A stretch of 64,000 nucleotides of DNA, from contig NC_043004.1 in NCBI RefSeq assembly GCF_006345805.1, positions 46,438,001-46,502,000 on the forward strand. The letters are read 5' to 3'. The notes under the pieces were generated by a model. It was not told the DNA's origin, searched no databases, and saw only the letters and a list, made by a program, of their open reading frames with translations. Of the stretch, positions 52,227-64,000 are shown one piece after another. This DNA is from Octopus sinensis (taxonomy: Eukaryota). A program made the position numbers and the translations under genes. Numbering within the stretch: the first letter of the stretch is position 1; the number at the start of each line of letters is the position of its first letter.

Positions 52227-53251
52227 AGACTGATAGAAGCATAAGGGAAGAGAAAGAAAGAATATTGAGAGGAAGATATAGATCCTTGGAAACCAAATTA
52301 AGCCCATAAAATTGCGAATCGAGGATGAACCAAACTTCTCTCTAATTTCTTAGAAAATGCGGTTACCTATTTTTATATGTATATCTGTATTTGAATACCA
52401 GCGGCTGTGTATGGGCGTATAGTCATATGCATATCGGTGTGTCTGCATGTTTTTTTTTCTCATTTATACATACTGTTTTCTGGCTTTTAGGGGACAAATG
52501 TAATTTTTTCGGGCTCAATAATTTATGTATAACATCACTTAGCATAAGACGTTTATATAACGATGAAGTATTTTTATTCAAAAATCAAGGGACTCTCAAA
52601 ACTGCGAATTGCTAAAATGTTTTTTGATACCTACATCTAGGGGCTTCATTCTCTGGGGTCAAAAAGTAACCATTAGAGAAGGCAAAATACTGATAATATA
52701 AAAGTGTGAATTGTTAAATATAGGTTGTGTATGTGGAAATTACTTAACTATGGAAATATAAATAGGAAGAAAAGGAGATTGTATGATACTGAAGTTAAAT
52801 ATGCTGTTAGTCTTTTAAACTACTTACGCAGGTGACGAGCGAAAATCAAGAAAAATAACAAATTTCCTTATGCTGTAACTAAGTAAAATCACATGGACGG
52901 AATTTCGTTGTGTAATTATATTTGAATAAAGAATAGAAATTCAATTATACCTTTTTCGATAACAATGTTATTGAATATTTTAATGCCATTTCAGAACGCA
53001 AATAAAATGCATTGTTTTCTAAAAGAAAATCGAATACGTTGTTGTATGTGTCGTGTGTTTGACTTACCTGTTGCGAATATTATCAAACCTGTTTATAATG
53101 AAATATAATAGTGTACCGTTGGGGTTTTTTTTTCAGCACACTAAATTTCACGTTTCTGCTGAATGCTTAATATTACAGAGTAATGTGTATGCTTTTCTCG
53201 AGAGTAGAATGACCTCGATGTTTTACTTTTCTTAATATTATTATGATAATG

Positions 53252-53302
<51 letters not shown>

Positions 53303-53320
53303 TAATAATAATAATAATAT

Positions 53321-53790
53321 TCTTGAATATCAGGACCTATCCAAAGAGATGAAGAGATTCTGAAAGTCTAAGGTGACAATTATCCATGACTTGATGGCTG
53401 CACTTTGTAAAAGAACCAAAATGCTAATTAATAGGTGGAAATATATTGTGCCCTTACCTATGATCACCGGATCTTTAGGCACTCTTAAATACTATAAGGA
53501 AATACCAAGAAAAGAAAAGTATCATACCTAGAAAAACAATATTCCCATACGTACATCTCACACCCTAAGAAAATACCGTTAAACTGAGAGTATAAGAAAT
53601 GTAAACACTGCAACAACATTTTAAAGAGATCTAATTCTCAGAATTTAGTTCCGTTTCCCTGTAAAATATCATTGCTATATACTAATAACACACAAAGTAA
53701 AACGTACAATGATGCTGTCACTTGAGGTCTCTGGGTGAAAATTTGAACTATTCGCATAAGAACAAAACAACCTACGTAATGAAAGTCATA
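53321..53790 (+). mobile_element. Degenerate R4/Dong 3' fragment following (TAA)n
   Basis: EYQDLSKEMKRF*KSKVTII...AAL (RLE C-terminus); 3' UTR motif cttgaggtctctgggtga shared with the 54766-57747 element; preceded by (TAA)n at 53243-53318. Confidence 0.65.
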
Positions 53791-53815
53791 ACAACAATGA
53801 TGATGATGATGATAT

Positions 53816-53861
<46 letters not shown>

Positions 53862-53869
53862 AAAAATAA

Positions 53870-54420
53870 TAACCAGTTGAGCATGTCCCTTAGTGGCTGA
53901 CGATATGTGCATCTCTGATCACGAGTAGAAGGAGTGGGGGAGCATCATAACCATGTGTTGAGAGGGATTCTTTGGGGTTTGAATGATTCACCTCTGGAAA
54001 CATGGGTGTTTCATTCAACATCCTTAAACAACCCTTAATCAGAGACCTTTCGAGTGGGATAAAATATACGAAGCCCAGTATACCCATCATGACTACCCGT
54101 CTGATAAGGGTACACCAGGCACATGCATCACAACCATATGTGCGCGACATGGTGATCTCATAACATGATAAACAGCACATGACCTTGCGGGTGGAGCCCA
54201 GTTAGAATTTTCTTCTGGTTGGGTAACCCATCCCACTCAAAAGGTCCCTGATTAAGGGTTGTTTAAGGATGTTGAACAAAACACCCATGTTTCCAGAGGT
54301 GAATTATTCAAACCCCTAAGAATCCCTCTCAATACATGGCTATGATGCTCCCCCACTACTTCTCCTCGTGATCAGAGATGCACATATCGTCAGCCACTAA
54401 AGGACATGTTCAACTGGTTA
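53870..54420. mobile_element. MITE/foldback-like element with ~190-bp TIRs
   Basis: 53870-54060 and 54230-54420 are diverged reverse complements (taaccagttga.catgtcc.ttagtggctgacgatatg...). Confidence 0.85.
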
Positions 54421-54530
54421 AGGTCAAACAACTGACAAGCAAATCTGTGGTATTGAGCAGAATATTTGCTGTAGCCCATCTTTTATACCAAGACAAAACA
54501 ATTATCATTAGTATTATTATTATTATTATT

Positions 54531-54738
54531 CAGTAGTTTTATTTTTATAGCGTGCTTTCACTTCACTACCGAGCGCAGCTCTGTGTGCCTTGGGTATGTG
54601 CTGTGATTTGTTGTGATGCTCTGATGGTTATTGTATGGAAAGTATTCTGCGTAGGATGTGTGCAGTGCCTAGTAGTGCAATTTTCTGTATGTTATATGTG
54701 TTTGTAAGTCCTGGTGTTTTTGTTATGTATTTGTCTGA
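54531..54738 (-). mobile_element. R4/Dong 3' end of a second family, between two (TAA)n tracts
   Basis: Minus strand KYITK(T)PGLTNTYNIQKIALLGTAHILRRILSIQ* plus a distinct 3' UTR; flanked by (ATT)n at 54501-54530 and 54739-54765. Confidence 0.8.
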
Positions 54739-54765
54739 ATTATTATTATTATTATTATTATTATT

Positions 54766-57747
54766 CTATGTTTGACTTTTGCTTTATATTTGTACAAGTT
54801 GGCTCGAAGTCTCACCCAGAGACCTCAAGATACAACAGGGTTGGAAGTTCATGTTGTTGTTATGCCTAGTCTGCCTTATATTTGGGGGGTGGGGATGTTG
54901 TACTAATGAATGTCTAAAAAAAACCGAAAATTATGGTTGTTTTAAACCTTGAGGTTACATAGAGAGTATTTTGCGTAGGATATGAGCAGTTCCCATGAGC
55001 ACTATCTTTTGAACTTCTGCCCATTTTTTTGGTTTCCTGGTATCTGAGTTAGGTAGCTATCAGCCCCTTTTGCTATCATTCCCAGGGCACCTATGAACAG
55101 GTATTGTTTTAGTCTTCAGCTTCCACATTTTGCTGATTTCTATTTCAAGATCTTTATATTTGCTCAGTTTTTGGTAGGTCCTGACAGATATGTTTTATAT
55201 CGATTGGGACAGTCATATCAATGAGGAGGCATGTTCTTTGTTTGAAGTCTTTCAATATGATGTCTGGCCTATTTGCATCTATCTTCCTGTCAGTTGAATG
55301 GTGAAGTTCCAGAGGAGTGAGATGTGGTCATTTTCAAGCACTGGGGGTGGTTTGTGTTCCCACCAGTTTTTTTCATGGGGCAAATCCAGGTTTTTACAGA
55401 TTACCCAGTGAATATATTGTGCAGCTCTATCGTGCCTGTTGAGATACTCTGTAGGCGCTAGAAGACTGCACTGGGACCACATGGTCAATGGTTTCATTTT
55501 GTTGCTTGCATACACGACACGTTGGACTGCTTCTGATCTTTATATGTTGGCCTGGTAGTTTCTTGTTGGTAGGCTTGATCTTGAGCTGCTATGATAAACC
55601 CCTCTGTTTCAGATTTTAAGCCAGAGGCCATTAGCCATTGATGGGTCAGGGCTTTGTCGATATCTGCATTATTCGCTCTCTTTGGTATTTGCCATAGAGA
55701 GGTTTTTCTTGCCATTTATTATTCAGAATATCTAAGGCCGCAGTTTTGGCACGGGTTTTCATGCGCCTAGCTTTTTCTGTGCTTGTTTCTTGTATGTCTA
55801 TCTCTAATTCCGAAATTGGTTGTATTCGGAATTCACTTAGATATTCCTTTGCCTGTTTTGTGACTGAGTATGATGCTTTCTTGTTTTCATGTTTTGAGAC
55901 AAGTTTTAACATCCAGTCCTCAGAGTTTTTCAGGTAGGTGTCTAGGCCAATTGTAGCAATCTTCATTGTTATTGCCAGTTGCAAAAGACCACGGCCTCCC
56001 TCTTTCTTGGCAGATAGAGTCGTTCTGTATCTGCCTTAGGGTGGTGCATTCTGCATTGTCAACAGTTTCCTTATTTTTCTGTCGAGCTGACATATTTCAG
56101 TAATTGACCAGTTAACAATATTGAAACTGTAAGTCACGACTGGTATAGCTAATGCATTGATTGCTTCGATCCTGTTTCTTGCATTCAGCTCTGTCTTGAG
56201 TATTGCTCTCACTCTTCGATAGCATTCTCTCTCTCTGATCCTTTCCTTCATCTCTGAATGCCTTATTCCGTTCCCTTCAATTACCCCTAGGTACTTGTAG
56301 CTCTCCGCTGGGTCTAGTTCTTTTATGACATTCTGTTGGTCAAGGTTAACGTTAGATGTTTCTGTCATTTTTCCTTTGATAAAGGTAGCCTTTGCACATT
56401 TATCGAGGCCGAATTGCATTCTGATGTCGTCACTGAATTGTTTGACTATCGCTAGTGAGCCCTTGAGTTGTTGATCCTTTTTTGCAAAAAGCTTTAAATC
56501 ATCCATGTAAACGAGATGATTTATATTTTTATCAAACATTTTATACCCGTACTGCGCGTCATTGAGCAGCTTTGAGAGAGGTATTAAGGATAAACAAAAG
56601 AGGAGTGGTGACAGTGAGTCACCCTGGAAAATGCCACACGACATTTTTACATCACCAGTATTTAGGGATTCACTGTCACTGTTCAGAGTTAGTGTGGTTC
56701 TCCATGATCTCATACATACAGTCAAGACGTTTCGCAGATTTGGTGCTATCTTATACATTTCAAGGCATTTCCTAATCCAGCTATGTGGTAGGCTATCAAA
56801 AGCCTTTTTATAGTCTATCCAGGCTATTGATAAGTTTTTGTGTCGTTTGTGACAATCTTCTAAGATCATCTTATTGATGAGTAGTTGGTCTTTACAGCCG
56901 TAGGATCCACGTTTACATCCTTTCTGTTCATTAGGAATATGCTGCTGTCTGTTAAAAACTATAGGTATATTCCGTCAGGACAGATGTTAGTGTTTTGTAC
57001 ATAGTTGTTTAAGCAGGTTATGGGTCTATAGTTTTTTGGTTCATTTGTTTCTTCTTCACTTTTTGGAAGCAGGAATGTTAACCCATTAACTAGCCAAGGA
57101 GGCATCCTACTAGGGTGTGTTGCAAAACATCATTGTACAGTTCTGTTAGCAGTTCATGGCTCTCTGGGAAGGCATTCAGCCAGAAGTTAGGAATTTTATC
57201 CTTTCCTGGAGACTTCCATTTGCTTGACCTCCTGAGAGCAGATCTTATATCTTCTACCTTGACACCCTCCCACTTTTGCTCTTCTAAGGGGTCCAGTTCT
57301 GTAGATATTCTGTCAATCCAGGGGGCCTTTTCGTTGTGTGTTTTTTCTTCTGCCCAGATTTTATTCCAAAATCTCTGCACTTCTTCTTTTGATGGTACAG
57401 ACCCTGCAGTAAACGCTGTTTTTCCTATCTTCCTGTAAAAATTCTTGGTGTTATTTTTGAACATGTTGTTGTCCTTGAAAAATCTAACACACTTTTCATA
57501 CCTCGCTATGAGGGCAGCTTTGGCAGATACCTTTTGTTTGATGGTTTCTATGGTGGCATCAATATCAAGTATAGTTTTCATATTGTATTTTTTCAGTAAT
57601 TTTGGGGTTTTTGTAGGTTTGGTAGTCTTGTGAGCCTTAAGGTTTTTCAAATATTCAATGTCAGATCTAAATACTTTAATTTGTTGTTGCAGACGCTCTT
57701 GCCAAGAAGGCTTTTTGTGGGACTGTTGCCGTTTTCTAATCTTTATC
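54766..57747 (-). mobile_element. 5'-truncated R4/Dong-clade non-LTR retrotransposon (RT + CCHC + RLE), frameshifted
   Basis: [81 protein letters not shown]...EYLNRHD, RPDIIL...IDMTVP, GTAHILRKIL; (TAA)n at both ends. Confidence 0.95.
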
Positions 57748-57821
<74 letters not shown>

Positions 57822-58086
57822 GGTTATTATTATTAACATTTCTAACAGGCACAAGGCCAGGAGTTTGGGAAAGGAAGGGAGTTAATTAAGTCGATCGAGT
57901 TGACTCCAGAATATGACTGGTATATTATTTCGTTAACCATAAACGAATAAAAGATAAAAGTCGATCATGGTGAGTTTCAAAGTTCTGAACATAAAGGGAC
58001 GTAACTAAATACCACAAGATATTCAATCCAAGCTTTACTGTATGTACATATGTATTATACATATATGCATATATACATATGTGTGT

Positions 58087-58136
<50 letters not shown>

Positions 58137-58184
58137 TTTTATGTGCGTGTATACACCAACATATGTACATATATATATATTTTC

Positions 58185-58342
58185 TCTCCTCGTTTCTCTC
58201 GTTTTTTCTGTGTCCCTTTCTGCAGAAGAGTGTAGGCTCGAAACGTAAAAGACTTTTTTCTATTCCTGAAGGTTATACTAAAACATCTGTTTGTTTTGTA
58301 CACCACCTGTCTTCGTCTTTTGTTTTTTCGTAAACTCTCCAT
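58185..58342 (+). mobile_element. Penelope-like terminal repeat with hammerhead-like motif
   Basis: CTTT-CTGCAGA-A-GAGT-gtag-GCTC-GAAA-CGTA-AAAG (58216-58251); downstream part homologous to the 3' end of the 44150-47750 element. Confidence 0.6.
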
Positions 58343-58428
58343 ATATATATTATATATAATATATATATATATATGTGTGTGTGTGTGTATGCATGTACAC
58401 ATACACACAACTGTGTTAGGTATGTGCA

Positions 58429-58473
<45 letters not shown>

Positions 58474-58475
<2 letters not shown>

Positions 58476-58691
58476 TTTCTTTACTACCCACAAGGGGCTA
58501 AACACAGAGGGGACAGACAAATGGATTAAGTCGATTACATCGACCCCAGTGCGTAACTGATACTTAATTTATCGACCCCGAAATGATGAAAGGCTAAGTC
58601 GACCTCGGCGGAATTTGAACCCAGAACGTAACGGCAGACGAAATACGGCTACGCATTTCGCCCGGCGTGCTAACGTTTCTGCCAGCTCGCC
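58474..58691 (-). mobile_element. SINE family B, full length, in (TA)n
   Basis: Reverse complement of 10921-11160. Confidence 0.92.
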
Positions 58692-58722
<31 letters not shown>

Positions 58723-58750
58723 TATATATATTATATATATATATATATAA

Positions 58751-58819
<69 letters not shown>

Positions 58820-60729
58820 CATACATACATATAACTGTCAATCCACCGCCGCTTTTTAAATATTAATAATAGTAATAAAATAACGTAGCAGCAGCAACAA
58901 TAGTAGTTAAAGTATTAGTGGTGGTCTGGTTTAATAAGACTTCAAGTGGAGAAGTGTGTGTGTGTATGCATGTGTCGGTATGTGTGTTACGTGGAGATGG
59001 ACAATGGCGAAGGCAACGTCTCTTAACTTAGTTCCAGTATAACATCGAGTTCTTCGATGAGGTTCTGTAGCATGTTGATTATATCACGTAGAACATTCCC
59101 TGTTTCAGTGGTAGTAGGTTTCCTAGGTTTGGGTGGAGGCTCCACGAGCTTCTTTAGTTTGACAGGCGGAGGTATGGGTCTGAGTTTGTGTTACGGTGCA
59201 ATAATCGGCGACGCTGAAGCTTGATACTTGGCAAAGGAGGCTGCTGGGGGGATTCATCATTAGCATCATCGTTTAAGTTTTGGTTGTATCTTATCGATTC
59301 AGCTACTTGCTGTGGGAGCGATTACCAATGTTGTCTTGATCGACATCTGTCAAATCAAAATGTCCTTGGAGTCCCTGGACTAGCAAGAGAAAACAAAATC
59401 GTTTCAAATGACCAATTAATTTTCAAAAGCCAATAAGACTAAAAGAACATTTTATGAAATAATACTTATTGTGACTTACTAAATGAATTGTTTTCATTGG
59501 TAGTTTCAAGATAATGCACGATAAAGTGTGTGTGACCGCAGAGAGAAAACGAAAGTAAATCTTTGGGACACTTGATCTCGGCTCGTAAATTTCAAATCAA
59601 ATAATAAGGTGAAGGATAAACCTAAAACATGAGAAACATTTATTCCGATTCTTTTGCTGAATCAATCATTCACGCCGTAGAATTTTTTTAAAAAAGTCTT
59701 ATATCCTTGATTCGGAAACAATTTCGAATACTATCAAGTTAAAGAGACATTACTTCGTGTTATTTGGAATGAAAAGGAAATTAAACTGTACAGAAATATT
59801 TATTTCTCTGTTTTAATTTATTTACATTCTAAATTACTTTCTAATGCCAATTTTTATTTTATCGCCTGAAATAGCTGCAGTATAGCATCAGCAAAGAATA
59901 ACCATTATCTATGTGCAATTCCTAAAGCTCATTGAATGCCTTAATTTTCGGATTGCAATCACGCATCAATTTGCTTTATAAGCTTTTTGCAAGCATCGTT
60001 ATAACAATGTATTACCTGTTTTGCTACAAGTATGAACCTGTAGTTAAACATTTGATCACAGTTTCTTCTAAAATTTATACACATACGCACACCTACACAT
60101 ACGCATTTATGAACGTGCGTACGACTGTGTGTATACATATGTATGTGTAAGAAGAAAGAGGCAAACAGACGTTAACTTACAAAAGAGTGACGGAGAGGGA
60201 GAGAGAGAGAGAATAAAGGAAAATAGACGCAGACAAGAGGAGAGAAATTAAAGACGAATAACAAAAAAACTACTGATACGTAATACGATATTGTATGCAC
60301 AATACAACGATGAAAGGAAAGACAGAGAGAGAATAGAAAATAAAGAGTCAATAGGCTTTGTTTTAATGATGGCGGAAAACAACAGAGAAAGAATGTCTTG
60401 TGAAAGACTTTTGGCTATCAATTACGTGATTTACTTCCATTACAGACATTTGCCGCCATCTATTGATTCTTTTGCAACATTAGTGAAGAAAACAATACAA
60501 CAAATTCAACCACACTGGTCGCAACACCCCGCACCTACACCTCTTTCTATCATTTCAGTGGTCCGGGGCCATATTCGTAGCTTACATTATCCATCCCAGA
60601 TTAATTCATGTACATAAAATGAAATTGATTTCTGTCGGACATTGTCGCATTTAACAGTATATCCGAATGATTCTATCCTCTTCATCTTACACTTAAGCTT
60701 CTTTTCTTTTTAATTACAATAAAATTAAC

Positions 60730-60750
60730 CATAATAATAATAACAACAAC

Positions 60751-60785
<35 letters not shown>

Positions 60786-60881
60786 TAATAATAATGATAA
60801 TAATAGCAGAAGCAGCAGCAGCTGCTGTTGCAGCTGTAGTAGTGGTAGTAGTAGTTGTAGCAGCAGCACCATCAGTAGTAC

Positions 60882-60923
<42 letters not shown>

Positions 60924-61045
60924 CAGAAGTAGCAGTAGTAGTAGTAGTAGTAGTATTAGTCGTAGTAGTAGTGGTAGTAGTAGTAGTAGTAGTGGTGGTG
61001 GTGGTGGTGGTAATAGTAGTAGTAGTAGTAGTAGTAGTAGCAATT
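60730..61045. repeat. (TAA)n/(GCA)n/(GTA)n compound trinucleotide microsatellite
   Basis: Seen directly. Confidence 0.95.
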
Positions 61046-61553
61046 GGAAAAATAACAATATATTAGTTTTATTATGAATATCATTATGGTGGCGAGCTTG
61101 TAGAATCGTTAGCACGCACGTCTTTACATTTAAATTCTTCCAAACCCAAATTTAAGTTTTATTCTTTCGGGGTCGATAAAAAAAGAATGGGCCAGTTGAA
61201 CATGGTAATCGACTCCACCGAAATTGATCCCGTTGTGTGAAACCCTGAAATCACTATTATGTTTGTCATTACTATTTTCATATACACAACAACAGTCTTC
61301 CCAAAAGTCTACTCTGTTGTGAGTAAAAACAAGTCGATTACAGCGACCCCATGTTCAACCGATCCGTTTTTTATCCACACCGGAAGAATGAATATCAAAT
61401 TTGAATGTAAAGACGAATGAAAACCATTAAACATTATTATTATTATTATTATCATCATCTTTATTATTATTATCATTATTATTATTATTATTGTTGTTGT
61501 TGTTGTTGTTGGTATTATCATCTTCATCTTCATTATTATCATTATAGAAACAG

Positions 61554-61930
61554 GGAGGAGGCGCAATGGCCCAGTGGTTAGAGCAGCGGACTCGCGGTTT
61601 CGATTCCCAGACCAGGCGTTGTGAGTGTTTATTGAGCGAAAACACCTAAAGCTCCACGAGGCTCCGGCAGGGATGGTGGTGATCCCTGCCGTACTCTTTC
61701 ACCACAACTTTCTCTCACTCTTATTTCCTGTTTCTGTTGTACCTGTATTTCAAAGGGCCGGCCTTGTCACTCTCTGTGTCACGCTGAATATCCCCGAGAA
61801 CTACGTTAAGGGTACACGTGTCTGTGGAGTGCTCAGCCACTTACACGCTAATTTCACGAGCAGGCTGTTCCGTTGATCGGATCAACCGGAACCCTCATCG
61901 TCGTAACCGACGGAGTGCTTCCATCCACTA
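61554..61930 (+). mobile_element. SINE family C, tail type 3, with 11-bp TSD
   Basis: TSD TATAGAAACAG at 61543-61553 and 61931-61941; head near-identical to the 30499 copy. Confidence 0.92.
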
Positions 61931-61944
61931 TATAGAAACAGTGA

Positions 61945-62110
61945 ACTAGCAGGATTGTTAGTACGCCAGCCGAAATACTTAGCAGTATTTCGTCTGCCGC
62001 TACATCTTCAGTTCAAATTCCGCCGAGGTCGAGTTTGCTTTTCATGCTTTCGGGGTCCAGGAAATAAATACCAGCTATAAACTGCTGTCGATGTAATTGA
62101 CTTGCCACCT
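61945..62110 (+). mobile_element. Degenerate SINE family B
   Basis: gtatttcgtctgccgctac...cagttcaaattccgccgaggtcga...ttcggggtc. Confidence 0.8.
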
Positions 62111-62149
62111 CCCACTAAAAATAATGTCTGTAGTATTTTAATAGAAAGT

Positions 62150-63208
62150 GACATATTCCCTAATGAGCATAAAGGATGTAAACGTGGGTTCTATGGTTGT
62201 AAATATCAGCTACTAAGAAGATCTTGGAAGATTCTCAAAATCAACAGAAAAACCTGTCAATAGCCTGGATAGACTAGAAAAAGGCTTTTGATTGCCTACC
62301 ACATAGCTGGATTAAGAAATGTCAGGAAATGCTTAAAATAGCACCTACTCTGCGAAACTTTTTTCTGTAAGTATGAGATCATGGAGAACTATACTGACTT
62401 TGAACAGTGTTAGGAGTTCACGTGACAATTTTTTTCAGGGTGACTCTCTATCACCACACCTCTTTGTCTAGCCTTAATACCTCTCTGATGTACAATATCG
62501 CTATAAATTGTTTGATAAAAATATATATCATCTCATTTACATGTATGATTTAAAGCTATTTGCAAAGAATTACCAACAATTACAGGGCTTACTAGCGATT
62601 ATTAAACAATTCAGTGATGACATCAGGATAAATGTGCAAAAGCTACGTTTATCAAAGGAAAAATGGCAGAAACATTTAACGTTAACCTTGACCAACAGAA
62701 TGTCATAAAAGAGTTAGAACCAGTGGTGAGCTACAAATACCTAGGCTTAATTGAAGAGGACGGAATTAAACATGCACTGATGAGAGAAAGGATCAGAAAA
62801 AAAATGTTATCGCAGGGTAAGATCAATACTGAAGACAGAGCTGAATGCAAGAAACAGGATCGAAGCGATAAATATTTTAGCTATACTGGTCGTGACTTAC
62901 AGTTTCAGTATCTTTAACTGGTCCAGTACTGAAATATGTAATATTGACAGAAAAATACGAAAATTCTTGACAATGCTTAGAATACATCACGCTAAGGCAG
63001 ATATGGAACGATTATACTTGCAAAGAAAAGAGGGTGGAATTTTACAACTTGAATTATCAATGAAGGTATTTAGATCAAAATTGGCCTAAACACCTACCTG
63101 AAAAACTCTGGTGACTAGATGTCAAAACTTGATTCAAAGCATGAAAACAACAACGTATCATACTCAGAAACAAAACAGGCAAAGGAATATCTAAGTGAAT
63201 TCCAAATA
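62150..63208 (+). mobile_element. Degenerate internal RT fragment of the same R4/Dong family as 54766-57747
   Basis: Nucleotide match (aaaggatgtaaacgtgg..., aacctgtcaatagcctggatagact, ttgaccaacagaatgtcataaaaga) and HLIYMYDLKLFAK. Confidence 0.9.
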
Positions 63209-63880
63209 CCAGTTGGGACTTTGGTGAACATGTTTATCACATCTAGACTCACCATCTGGTTAGATTCAGTGGGAGTATCCTTGATCAATTCTGAGAAGTG
63301 GGTGGAATTCTTTATGTACGAATGTGACTTTCCTGTTAATGGACGGATTATATCCACAAGGAAGCGGCTCAATGAATGATATACTGAACCTCTACAGCTC
63401 ACTATGAGTCTTAATGGAATATCATCCTTGTGAATCTTAAGGAGACCGTACATGTGTGGTAGATTACTGTGGTGTTGAGTCAGTTGTTTGTATTTCATTG
63501 GTGTAAAGTGATCCTTGTTCTTGATCAAGATCTTTGACAGCTTCTTCTCTGTTTTCAGAGTGGGGTCTTTCTTTTCTTTGCTGGAGCTACCATCAGTTAT
63601 AAGACTTGACAACTTTCAGAGTAGTCAGACTTGTTCATCACCGCTATAGCATTTTCTTGTCGGCTGGAAGTACTATGATGGAATTGTCACTCTGTAGTCT
63701 TTTGATAGCGAAATTTTCTTCCTTAGTGATGTTCGGTTTATGAGGTTTTGCTTTTTCTAGTACTTGCCTCCCTGACCTTTTGGTATCTTTACGGCTCTCT
63801 CTTCAATGGGGGCTATTATGTCCAAGTGTGGAATACGCTTGATGGTTGTCACAAAGTTGAAGTCACGCTAGATTAAGAAG
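63209..63880 (-). mobile_element. Penelope-like RT N-terminal fragment
   Basis: FNF..TIKRIP..DIIA, KPNITKEE..AIKRLQSD.SIIVLPADK, DPT, MYGLLKIHKDDIPLRLIVS, YIKNSTHF, MVSLDVINMFTKVP. Confidence 0.9.
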
Positions 63881-64000
63881 TTTATAAAACTCAAAGGTCA
63901 GAGAATGAAGACTGAAATCCGTCTACCGCCCGTAAAAGCAGTAATTAATATAAGTAACCGACACCTAGAAAGCTCTGAAGAAGCAGGACTGAACAAAAGT

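Noticed and set aside
56036-57854. Intact, active R4/Dong element
   Set aside because: 5'-truncated, with several frameshifts and stops between the ORF pieces.

Overview
Eukaryotic, AT-rich, repeat-dominated DNA, most consistent with a coleoid cephalopod (octopus-like). This is an inference from the tRNA-derived SINE families, the R4/Dong, RTE and Penelope content, and the very high microsatellite density. I found no intact protein-coding gene, rRNA, true tRNA or CRISPR array. Nearly all ORFs in the supplied track are microsatellite or satellite artefacts or transposon remnants. Recognisable content: two related autonomous-type Helitron remnants (Rep/PIF1 helicase), two non-autonomous Helitrons, a Buster-type hAT deletion derivative with an 8-bp TSD, four R4/Dong RLE-LINE pieces mostly sitting in (TAA)n, Penelope-like elements (one near full length) with hammerhead-like terminal motifs, an RTE 3' end, and three tRNA-SINE families including a 4-unit tandem array. 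There are also several large inverted repeats and a 1.45-kb A-tract satellite. By manual translation, the remaining unique DNA appears to hold heavily decayed innate-immune receptor genes: 2-3 TLR-like pseudogenes on + and a possible NACHT-LRR on -. Coordinates were counted by hand and may be off by a few bases.
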